This document shows, in pieces, positions 25,489 to 32,634 of a stretch of DNA of 32,634 nucleotides. The stretch is from Xanthobacteraceae bacterium (GTDB taxonomy: Bacteria > Pseudomonadota > Alphaproteobacteria > Rhizobiales > Xanthobacteraceae). Every line of letters starts with the position of its first letter. The first letter of the stretch is position 1. Both the position numbers and the translations under genes were made by a program. The notes beneath the pieces were generated by a model. That model saw only the letters and a list, made by a program, of their open reading frames with translations. It was not told the DNA's origin and made no database searches. The stretch spans positions 1 to 32,634 of the forward strand of contig DASZJC010000593.1 of the NCBI GenBank assembly GCA_035948495.1, given 5' to 3'.

Positions 25489-25523
25489 CTCGTAATACGT
25501 TAGATCTCATAGCGTATTACGAG
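25489..25523. promoter_or_regulatory. 11-bp perfect palindrome immediately upstream of the MNT/HEPN operon (candidate operator)
   Basis: CTCGTAATACG (25489-25499) and CGTATTACGAG (25513-25523) with a 13-nt AT-rich spacer. It begins 7 nt upstream of the MNT start codon (25482). Confidence 0.5.
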
Positions 25524-25557
25524 ACGCGGCGTGGGTCAACGCCCGCGTTGAGACCTT

Positions 25558-26895
25558 TTACGGGCAAATGTACCCCGTGCCGCCCGGCGCCTTGAAGCAG
25601 CCGACCGATTCCGGGAGCACGTGCTTGGGCAGCCACAGGATCACGCTGGGAAAGAAGATGGTGAACGCGATGGTGCCGAAGAAGATGACGTAGATCGGCA
25701 GCGATGCCCGCAAGGCCTGGGAGAAGCGCACGCCGACGAACTTCGACGCCATCAGCAGGGCAAGCCCGTAGGGCGGCGTGATCAGCCCGAACGCCAGGGT
25801 GGCGATCAGCACCACGCCCATGTGCACCGGGTTGATGTCGGCGGATTGCGTGAGCGAATAGACCACCGGCATGAAGATGATGATCGCCGGGATCGGCTCG
25901 ATGAAGTCGCCGACGATGGTGAACACCAGCACCAAGAGGAACATGATCAGGTAGGGGTCGTTGCCGGCGAGCCCGGTGATCCAGCCCGACACCACGATCG
26001 GGCCGCGCAGGTAGGCGACCATCCAGCCGAACGCGGAAGCGGCCGCGATGGTGATCAGCGGCAGCGAGTAGATCAGCCCGGCGTGGCAGAAGTCGTAGGG
26101 CAATTGCGCGAGGTGGCGCCGGTTGAGTAGCGGGATCACGACGACCAGGATCCAGGCGACCGCGACGGCGCCGGCCTCGGTCGGGGTGAACCAGCCGCTG
26201 AGGATGCCGCCGAGCAGGATGACCGGGATCATCATCGGTAGCGCGGCGGCGAGCGCCGCGTCGGTGAGCTGGGGGAAGCTCGCGCGCGGCCGGCGGAAGC
26301 CCACCGGGCCGAAGAAATAGCAATAGATCATCAGGCCGAAGCCGATCATCAGGCCGGGCACGATGCCGCCCATGAACAGCCCGGCGATCGACACGTTGCC
26401 GATGGCCCCATAGACGATCGCCAGGATGCTTGGCGGCACCAGGCACGCGATCGTCGAGGCGGCGGCGATCAGCGCGGCGATGAAGCCGCTGTCATAACCC
26501 TCCTGGCGCATCGGCTTGGCCATGGTGCGGCTGAGCACCGCCACGTCGGCGGAGGTCGAGCCGGACATGCCGGAAAAGAACATGCTGAACACCGCGACCA
26601 CCTGGCCGAGCCCGCCGCGGATGTGGCCGACCAGCGCCTGCGAGAGGTTGGCGATGCGGATGACGATGTTGGCGGAGGTCATCAGCTCGCCGACCAAAAG
26701 AAAAAACGGCACCGCCAGCAGCGCCTCGGAATCGACGCCGTCGAACATTTTCTGGATCAGCGACGGCAGCGTTACGTCGGTGAACATCGCGCCGACGAAG
26801 ACGCCAGCGACGAGCGAGAAGGCGACCGGCACGCCCAGGTACCCGAGGACCAGGAACAGCACGGTCATCAGGGTGAGGATCGCGGCGGAGCCCAT
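25558..26895 (-). CDS. dctM: TRAP transporter large permease subunit (DctM family)
   Basis: 445-aa polytopic membrane protein with typical DctM sequence (FFSGMSGSTSADVAVL, GIVPGLMIG, PPYGLALLMA). ATGA overlap with dctQ. Confidence 0.92.
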   Translation of the reverse strand: MGSAAILTLMTVLFLVLGYLGVPVAFSLVAGVFVGAMFTDVTLPSLIQKMFDGVDSEALLAVPFFLLVGELMTSANIVIRIANLSQALVGHIRGGLGQVVAVFSMFFSGMSGSTSADVAVLSRTMAKPMRQEGYDSGFIAALIAAASTIACLVPPSILAIVYGAIGNVSIAGLFMGGIVPGLMIGFGLMIYCYFFGPVGFRRPRASFPQLTDAALAAALPMMIPVILLGGILSGWFTPTEAGAVAVAWILVVVIPLLNRRHLAQLPYDFCHAGLIYSLPLITIAAASAFGWMVAYLRGPIVVSGWITGLAGNDPYLIMFLLVLVFTIVGDFIEPIPAIIIFMPVVYSLTQSADINPVHMGVVLIATLAFGLITPPYGLALLMASKFVGVRFSQALRASLPIYVIFFGTIAFTIFFPSVILWLPKHVLPESVGCFKAPGGTGYICP

Positions 26896-27461
26896 CAGAA
26901 TCCCACCTGCTCGGCGGACGCGGCGCCGGCCTCCGCGTCGTCGCTCGGGTGATCGAAGCCGTTGCGCCAGCCGTTGACCAGCTGCTCAAGGGCGAACAGC
27001 GCGATGAGCGCGCCGGAGAGCGGGATCGCCCCGTAGAGCGAGGCGATCGGCGTCATCGACGGCATGCGGAAGCTGCCGAAGCCGCGGCGGAAGTTGATGT
27101 AGCCGAACCACAGCATGACAAGGCCGCAGCCGAGGATCACCAGGCGGATGAGCGCCTCGACCGCGAGCCGCGCCGGCCCGTGCAGCGCCTCGGCCACGGC
27201 GGTGAGATAAAGGTGGTCGTTGCGCCGCGTCGCCACCGCGGCACCGGCGAAAATGCCGTAGACGAAGAAGGTCGAGGTGACCTCTTGGAGCCACAGCCAC
27301 GGATGGCCGATGGTGCGGGTGACGATGTCGCACATCACCGAGGTGGAGAACCCCAGCAGGGTCAGGCCGCACAACACCATGAGGTATTTTTCCAGGCCGT
27401 CCAGCGCCGGCCATTTGAGATGGCGCTGGCGGTCGGGGACCAGGCGATGGGCCACCCTCAT
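26895..27461 (-). CDS. dctQ: TRAP transporter small permease subunit (DctQ family)
   Basis: 188 aa with four predicted TM helices, positioned between dctP and dctM. Confidence 0.85.
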   Translation of the reverse strand: MRVAHRLVPDRQRHLKWPALDGLEKYLMVLCGLTLLGFSTSVMCDIVTRTIGHPWLWLQEVTSTFFVYGIFAGAAVATRRNDHLYLTAVAEALHGPARLAVEALIRLVILGCGLVMLWFGYINFRRGFGSFRMPSMTPIASLYGAIPLSGALIALFALEQLVNGWRNGFDHPSDDAEAGAASAEQVGF

Positions 27462-27480
27462 GCGGGCACGTCAGGCCTCT

Positions 27481-28473
27481 CTATTGCACGGAGCCGATCA
27501 GCTGCTGGATCTTGACCGCGTGCGGGCCGAGCTCCTTGGCGAGCTTGTCGAGGTAGGGCGCCGCGACCTTGACGAAGCCCGACTTGTCGACGTCGCGCAC
27601 CACCTTGACGCCGATCGACTTGAGCTTGGTCTCGGACTGGTGCTCGAGCTCGAGCGCCTTGCCGGGTTCCACGCGGTTGACCTCGTCGGCGGCCGCCTGC
27701 ACCCATTGCTTTTGCTCCGGGGTCAGGCTCGACCACAGCTTGTCGCTGATCCACACCAGGCTGTTGTTGGCTTCGTGCTCGGTGATCGAGAGGATCGGCG
27801 CCACCTCGTAATGCTTGTTGACCAGATAGACGTTGATGCCGTTCTCGGCGAAATCGACGACGCCGGTCTGCAGCGAGGTGTAGACGCTGCCGAACGGCAT
27901 GTGCACGGTCTGCGCGCCGTAGGCCGGGAACATGGTGTCCTCGGTGGCGGTCGCCTGCACGCGCACCTTCTTGCCTTTGATGTCCTCGATCCGGTGCACC
28001 TCGCTGCGGCCGTACATGCTGCGCAGGCCGAGCGTCGCCAGCCCGATCACGTGTGCGCCCTGCACCGTCTGCTCGATCATCTCGCGCACCGCCTGCGCCA
28101 CCCGCGGATCGGCGATCGACTTGCGCAGATGCTCTTCCGAGCGGAACAGGAAGTGCAGCGACATCACGCCGGCCTCCGGCGACACCGTCGCCGCGTTCGC
28201 CGACGCGGAGATGCAGAAATCGACGTCGCCGGCCTTGATCATCTGCAGCACTTGCGGCTCCTGGCCGAGCTGCGCGCCGGGGAACTGGTCGATCAGCATC
28301 GTGCCTTTGCTCAGCTCCTTGAGCTTGTCGGCGAAGACGTCCCCGACCACGCCGTAGCCGGTCGTACGCGGCTGGTCATAGGCGAAGCGATAGTGCTTCG
28401 CCTCCTGCGCGGACGCGGCCGTGGCCACGAGCACCGCACCGATTGCCGCCGCCGTCACTGTCCGCAGGATCAT
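27481..28473 (-). CDS. dctP: TRAP transporter periplasmic substrate-binding protein (DctP family)
   Basis: 330 aa from ATG 28473 (GGGAGGA RBS). Signal peptide MILRTVTAAAIGAVLVATAASAQE, then a DctP-like fold (QLGQEPQVLQMIKAGDVDF, FAENGINVY). Confidence 0.9.
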   Translation of the reverse strand: MILRTVTAAAIGAVLVATAASAQEAKHYRFAYDQPRTTGYGVVGDVFADKLKELSKGTMLIDQFPGAQLGQEPQVLQMIKAGDVDFCISASANAATVSPEAGVMSLHFLFRSEEHLRKSIADPRVAQAVREMIEQTVQGAHVIGLATLGLRSMYGRSEVHRIEDIKGKKVRVQATATEDTMFPAYGAQTVHMPFGSVYTSLQTGVVDFAENGINVYLVNKHYEVAPILSITEHEANNSLVWISDKLWSSLTPEQKQWVQAAADEVNRVEPGKALELEHQSETKLKSIGVKVVRDVDKSGFVKVAAPYLDKLAKELGPHAVKIQQLIGSVQ

Positions 28474-28606
28474 GCCGTCCTCCCGTTTTCGCCGCACCGC
28501 CGCTCGGCCGCCGGCCGCTCGATAAGGCTGCGTGGGGAAAATACCGTCATTGCGCCCGGATGCGCGCGCTTGCTTCCCCTCGACCGCTTCTGTGCGCGGC
28601 GGCCTT

Positions 28607-28671
28607 GCAGCAAAAGCTTCGACTTGGGCGTCGCGATTGTCAACACGCGCGCTGGCGCCGCGCAGCAAAAG
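28607..28671. repeat. Direct repeat of the 10-mer GCAGCAAAAG spaced 55 bp apart in the dctP upstream region
   Basis: Exact copies at 28607-28616 and 28662-28671. Confidence 0.4.
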
Positions 28672-28749
28672 GACGCGCGCACGCGCGGGATGGTTCCGGG
28701 TGGCGGGCCGCCGCGACGGCCGCGGCCCGCGCGTGTCAGGACGCCGCCG

Positions 28750-29052
28750 TCACGCCGGCTTGCCTGCGCGCTCGGGGCGGAGCGCTTCCGCCGCCTTCGC
28801 ATCGAGCCACAGGCTTTCGACGTCGAGGGCGCGCAGAATGTGGCCGCCGCTCGTCAGGATCCACGCCACGCCGGCGGCCGGCGCCGTATCGGTGGCGGCC
28901 GCCGCGATGGCGTCGCGCAACGTGGCGAACAGGCGCGGCTTGTCCCACGCTCCGGGGCCGGTCGGATGGACGTGGGCGGGCCAATATTGCAGGTGGGCCG
29001 GCGCGTCGAACTCCCACTCCTCGACATGATCGACGGCGGTGTCGGCGGTCAT
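28750..29052 (-). CDS. Hypothetical protein (100 aa), no recognised family
   Basis: ATG at 29052 preceded by AAGGAGA. GC3-rich codons. The ORF-track 232-aa version is an Arg/Pro-rich upstream extension. Confidence 0.5.
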   Translation of the reverse strand: MTADTAVDHVEEWEFDAPAHLQYWPAHVHPTGPGAWDKPRLFATLRDAIAAAATDTAPAAGVAWILTSGGHILRALDVESLWLDAKAAEALRPERAGKPA

Positions 29053-29207
29053 GACGCGATCTCCTTGGGCAGGCTTCCGGGACGGCACATCGGCAATTCC
29101 CGCGCGCCGATTTTGTTCCGGCGCCGGACGCTCTCGGCCTTTGATTTGCGCGGCGATGGGATTAAATCTGAATCGCTTCTGTCCTTGCTCTTGGCCGGCG
29201 ACGCGCG

Positions 29208-30953
29208 ATGACGAACTTCGTTTTTCTTGATCTTCTGGGCGGCGTGTCCCTGCTGCTGTGGGGCCTGCACATGGTCCGCAGCGGCATCGTGCGCGCGTTC
29301 GGGTCCGATCTGCGGCGGTTCCTCGGCGCGGCGCTGCGCAACCGTTTGCGCGCGTTCCTGGCGGGCTTGGCGGTGACAGCGCTGCTCCAGAGCAGCACCG
29401 CAACCGCGCTGATGACCACCGCATTCGCGGCCGGGGGCCTGGTTGCACTGGTGCCGGCGCTCGCCGTCATGCTCGGCGCCAACGTCGGGACGGCGCTGAT
29501 CGTGCAGGTCCTGTCCTTCAACGTGACGGCGTTGGCGCCGATCTTCCTCATCGCCGGCGTCGCCGCCTTCCGGCGCGGCGGGCGCACGCGCACGCGCGAC
29601 CTCGGGCGGGTCGCGGTGGGGCTCGGCCTGATGCTGCTCGCGCTGCATATCCTGCTCGACACCCTGGCGCCGGCCGAGCAGGCCCCGGAGGTGCGCGCGC
29701 TGCTTGCCGTGCTCGGCGGCCAGCCCGCCCTGTGCATCATCGTCGGCGCCCTGTTGGCATGGGCGGCGCACTCGAGCGTCGCCGTGATCCTGCTGGTGAT
29801 GTCGCTCGCCTACGCGCATTTCGTCACGCCCGTTGCGGCACTGGCGCTGGTTCTCGGCGCCAACCTGGGAAGCGCCGTCAATCCGCTGTTCGAGGGCGGC
29901 AACTTCGACGATCCCGCCAGCCGCCGCCTGCCGGTGGGAAACCTGATCAACCGCGTGGTCGGCGTCGCCCTCGCCTATCCGTTCCTCGGCCTCATTGGCG
30001 ACGCGCTGACGCGCTTCGAGCCACATGCCGGCCGCATGGTCGCCGCCTTCCATCTCGCCTTCAACGTGGCCCTTGCGCTCGCCTTCATCAGGCCGCTCGA
30101 CGCTCTCGCCTGGCTCCTGGTCCGCATCTTGCCCGAGCGAAAGAAGAAGCCCGACCCTTCTGCACCGCTCTATCTCGACGAGACGGCGCTCGATACGCCC
30201 GCGGTCGCGCTCGCTTGCGCGGCGCGCGAGACGCTGCACATGGGCGACATCGTCGAGACGATGCTGCGGCAGGCGATCACGGCCTTGATGACCGACGACC
30301 GCAAGCTGGTCGCCGAGGTGTCCCGCATGGACAATGCCGTCGACCGGCTCGACGAGGCGATCAAGCTCTACGTCACCAGGGTCACGCGCGAGAGCCTCGA
30401 CGAGCGCGACGGCCGACGGGCGATGGAGATCATCTCCTTCACCATCAACCTCGAGCACATCGGCGACATCATCGACAAGAACCTGATGGAGCTTGCGACG
30501 AAGAAGATCAAGCACAAGTACCAGTTCTCGAAGGAAGGCGCCGCCGAGCTCACCGCCTTTCATCAGCGCGTCGTCGAAAACCTCAAGCTCGCCTTCGGGG
30601 TGTTCATGTCCGGCGACGTCAAGGTTGCGCGCAAGCTGATCGAGGAAAAGGCGGCGCTGCGGTCGGCCGAGCTGGCGGCGGCGGAAAGCCATCTGGCGCG
30701 CCTGCGCGAGGGCCGGCCGGAAAGCATCGAGACGACCTCGCTGCATCTCGACGTGCTGCGCGACCTCAAGCGTATCCACTCGCACATCTGCTCGGTCGCC
30801 TATCCGGTGCTGGAGGCGGCGGGCGAGCTCGAGCCCAGCCGGCTGCGCCGCGTGGAAGGAGCGGCGGCGCCGGATGTGCTCGGGCGCGGCGGCGCCGCGG
30901 CGTCCGAGCCGTCGTGGCCGGGCTTGTCCCAGCCATCGACGTCCTTCGATTGA
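29208..30953 (+). CDS. Na/Pi-cotransporter family protein with PhoU-like C-terminal domain
   Basis: 581 aa: LLGGVSLLLWGLHMVRSGI...LLQSSTATALMT...GANVGTA repeats, then a cytoplasmic helical domain (INLEHIGDIIDKNL...LHLDVLRDLKRIHSHI). Confidence 0.9.
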   Translation: MTNFVFLDLLGGVSLLLWGLHMVRSGIVRAFGSDLRRFLGAALRNRLRAFLAGLAVTALLQSSTATALMTTAFAAGGLVALVPALAVMLGANVGTALIVQVLSFNVTALAPIFLIAGVAAFRRGGRTRTRDLGRVAVGLGLMLLALHILLDTLAPAEQAPEVRALLAVLGGQPALCIIVGALLAWAAHSSVAVILLVMSLAYAHFVTPVAALALVLGANLGSAVNPLFEGGNFDDPASRRLPVGNLINRVVGVALAYPFLGLIGDALTRFEPHAGRMVAAFHLAFNVALALAFIRPLDALAWLLVRILPERKKKPDPSAPLYLDETALDTPAVALACAARETLHMGDIVETMLRQAITALMTDDRKLVAEVSRMDNAVDRLDEAIKLYVTRVTRESLDERDGRRAMEIISFTINLEHIGDIIDKNLMELATKKIKHKYQFSKEGAAELTAFHQRVVENLKLAFGVFMSGDVKVARKLIEEKAALRSAELAAAESHLARLREGRPESIETTSLHLDVLRDLKRIHSHICSVAYPVLEAAGELEPSRLRRVEGAAAPDVLGRGGAAASEPSWPGLSQPSTSFD

Positions 30954-30972
30954 TGCTGCCCCGAAGACGTGG

Positions 30973-31019
30973 ATGCCCGGCACAAGAGCCTGCCCCGGAC
31001 TTGATCCGGGGCCGGGCAT
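30973..31019. repeat. REP-like nested hairpin sharing a 25-nt core with 16542-16566
   Basis: Outer stem ATGCCCGGC (30973-30981)/GCCGGGCAT (31011-31019), inner stem CCCCGGActtgaTCCGGGG (30993-31011). Located between convergent genes. Confidence 0.7.
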
Positions 31020-31041
31020 GACGAAGTCTCCGTTGCATCAA

Positions 31042-31446
31042 TTACCGCTCGGGCGGCGCGTCGCCGGCGTATTTGCCGCGCGCGAGCGCCAGGCCTTCGT
31101 CGGAGGCGATGTCTTCGTCCTGGTGGGCGGCCTTGGCCTGAGCGAGCGCGCGGGTGCGCGCGGCCACCAGGTCGGCGACGGCTTTCTTCTGCTCGTCGGC
31201 GGTCAACGCCTGGCTCTCGCGCGGCGCGACCGGCGCGTTGATCGCCGGATAGGCCGGCTGCGTCGCCGAACGCGCCGGCACGTTCGCGGGCTCGCCGCCC
31301 GCCCATTTCGGCAGGCCGCCGACGATGATGCTCGACGTGCGGTCCTGATCGGCTTCGATCTGCGAGGTTGCGCAGCCGCCGAGCAGCACCGCCGTCGACA
31401 ACGCAAGCGCAATGGCCGCGCGCGCTGGAAAGCTCAACGTCCTCAC
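31042..31446 (-). CDS. Putative lipoprotein (134 aa)
   Basis: GTG at 31446 gives VRTLSFPARAAIALALSTAVLLGGC with lipobox LLGGC. The ATG at 31521 would translate the purine-rich repeat (SSVVCPLSSVIC), which is judged unlikely. Confidence 0.55.
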   Translation of the reverse strand: MRTLSFPARAAIALALSTAVLLGGCATSQIEADQDRTSSIIVGGLPKWAGGEPANVPARSATQPAYPAINAPVAPRESQALTADEQKKAVADLVAARTRALAQAKAAHQDEDIASDEGLALARGKYAGDAPPER

Positions 31447-31453
31447 CCGTCGG

Positions 31454-31594
31454 CAGATGACGGACGACAGAGGACAGACGACAGATGAAGAAAAGATTAA
31501 TCCGCAGCCCGTCGCTCGCATGAGAGCGATAGCGGTATGTGGGGATCAGAGGACGGAGGACGGATGAAAATGGTCTGCGATCCGTCGTCCGTCC
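31454..31594. repeat. Purine-rich short-period repeat tract plus a 15-bp imperfect inverted repeat
   Basis: CAGATGAcggacgacagaggacagacgaCAGATGAagaaaag (31454-31495). GGACGGAGGACGGAT (31551-31565) pairs with ATCCGTCGTCCGTCC (31580-31594) with one mismatch. It lies directly after the transglycosylase stop. Confidence 0.6.
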
Positions 31595-31599
31595 TGCGT

Positions 31600-32634
31600 C
31601 TACTGTCGCCTGAGTCGCTCGATCAGCTCGGCGGTGGGATAGGAGTCGGCGGGGAGCCCCAGCTTCATTTGCGCGGCGCGCGCGCCCGCCCGGGTGGCGA
31701 GGCCGAGCTTGCCGTCCGGCTTTGCGGTGGAAAAGCCGTGGCGCACGAGAAGCTGCTGCAGTTCCAGAATCTGCGCGGCGTTGAGCGCCGGGATATTCGG
31801 GCTGCCGCGATGCATCGGCGGCGCGCCGGCAATGCGCGTGGCGAGATAGGCAGCGGTGGTCGAATAGACCAGCGAGGCGTTCCAGCCGAGGTAGGCCTGG
31901 AAATTGTCGTAGGCGAGGAACGCCGGGCCGAGCCGGCCCATGGGCAGGAGCAGGGAGGCGGGCAGGTCGTCGGCCGGCAGCGGGCGCCCGTCCGCATAGG
32001 TGACGCCCCAGCGGGCCCATTGCGAGCGCGGATGCTTGATCGACAGGTCCGCCTGCTCCCACGGCACGGCCGTTCCCGCCCGCACCTCCTGCAGGCACGG
32101 CTCGCTGCGCTTCCAGCCGAGACCGACCAGGAAGTTCGCGCCCGAGGCGAGCAGATCGGGCACGCTGTGGATGAGGTCGCGCCGGCCGTCGCCGTCGAAG
32201 TCGACCGCGTATTTGTAATAATCGGACGGCGTGAACTGCAGCGGGCCGAGCTCGCCCGCCCAGTCGCCGATCATCTCGCTCGCGCGCAAATCGCCGCGCT
32301 GGACGATGCGCAGCGCGTCGATGAGCTGGGTGCGAAAGAATTGCGGCCGGCGGCAGTCATAGGCGAGCGTCGCGACCGCGCGCAGGATCGGGTACTTGCC
32401 GTTGTTGCTGCCGAAATCGCTCTCCAGCGCCCAGAACGCGGTAATCACCGGCGCCGGCACGCCGTACTGCTTCTCGATGCGTGCGAACAGGTCGGCGTGG
32501 CGCTTGATCATCGCGGCGCCGCCCTGAATGCGATAGCCCGCCGCCATGCGGTCGGAGAACTGCAGGAAGCTCTGCTGGAACACCCCCTGGCCGTGATCGC
32601 GCCGCACGACCGCCGGATCGAAGGCGAGCCCATT
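31600..32634 (-). CDS. Lytic murein transglycosylase (MltB/SLT_2-like) with C-terminal peptidoglycan-binding domain; 5' end outside the window
   Basis: FWALESDFGSNNG, GELGPLQFTPSDYYKYAVDFDGDGRRDL, and a C-terminal PG_binding-like LQQLLVRHGF...DGKLGLATRAGARAAQ. The reading frame stays open to position 32634. Confidence 0.85.
   Translation of the reverse strand, partial: NGLAFDPAVVRRDHGQGVFQQSFLQFSDRMAAGYRIQGGAAMIKRHADLFARIEKQYGVPAPVITAFWALESDFGSNNGKYPILRAVATLAYDCRRPQFFRTQLIDALRIVQRGDLRASEMIGDWAGELGPLQFTPSDYYKYAVDFDGDGRRDLIHSVPDLLASGANFLVGLGWKRSEPCLQEVRAGTAVPWEQADLSIKHPRSQWARWGVTYADGRPLPADDLPASLLLPMGRLGPAFLAYDNFQAYLGWNASLVYSTTAAYLATRIAGAPPMHRGSPNIPALNAAQILELQQLLVRHGFSTAKPDGKLGLATRAGARAAQMKLGLPADSYPTAELIERLRRQ

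Noticed and set aside
25535-25552. TCAACGC-cc-GCGTTGA hairpin after the dctM stop, considered as a terminator.
   Set aside because: The stem is short and has no downstream U-tract on the minus strand, so it may be incidental. It is not listed as a feature.
24473-25557. Whether the MNT/HEPN pair marks a genomic island or mobile insertion.
   Set aside because: No integrase, transposase, tRNA or flanking direct repeats were found, and there is no obvious compositional break beyond short AT-rich promoter DNA.
29053-29207. Possible Pho box upstream of the Na/Pi-cotransporter gene (CTGTCC near 29180).
   Set aside because: Only one weak half-site is present and there is no second CTGTCA-type repeat at the expected 11-bp phasing.

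Overview
GC-rich chromosomal segment with the gene content of an alphaproteobacterium of the Rhizobiales/Hyphomicrobiales type. All calls come from reading the translations and sequence by eye; no database search was run. Left to right: (1) flagellar export and regulation genes (flbD 3' end, flhA, then fliI-fliJ on the minus strand) with an ECF sigma/RskA-type anti-sigma pair wedged between them; (2) the cell-cycle master regulator ctrA behind a 386-bp, comparatively AT-rich control region shared divergently with fliI, containing CtrA-type TTAA motifs and five GANTC sites; (3) an MCP-less chemotaxis operon cheA(hybrid, C-terminal receiver)-cheW-cheY-cheB-cheR that lies between ctrA and the phosphotransferase gene chpT; (4) cysQ, a YHS-family secreted protein, a DUF1134/EipA-like periplasmic protein and a membrane-anchored coiled-coil protein; (5) a formate/nitrite-transporter gene, a NirA-like siroheme reductase, an unusual FeS-FAD/NAD(P)H reductase partner and a 3'-truncated cysG; (6) dienelactone hydrolase, an MNT/HEPN toxin-antitoxin pair, a TRAP transporter (dctPQM), a small orphan gene, a Na/Pi-cotransporter-family protein, a lipoprotein and a lytic transglycosylase (truncated by the window edge). 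Several intergenic regions carry structured REP/MITE-like repeats. There is no integrase, transposase, tRNA, rRNA or CRISPR array, so this looks like core genome rather than an island. The best leads are the chpT / cheA-REC / ctrA juxtaposition, the NirA-like reductase with a non-flavodoxin FeS-FNR partner sharing an N-terminal motif, the degenerate and truncated cysG, and the ctrA and FNT-nirA control regions. All functional interpretations are hypotheses.
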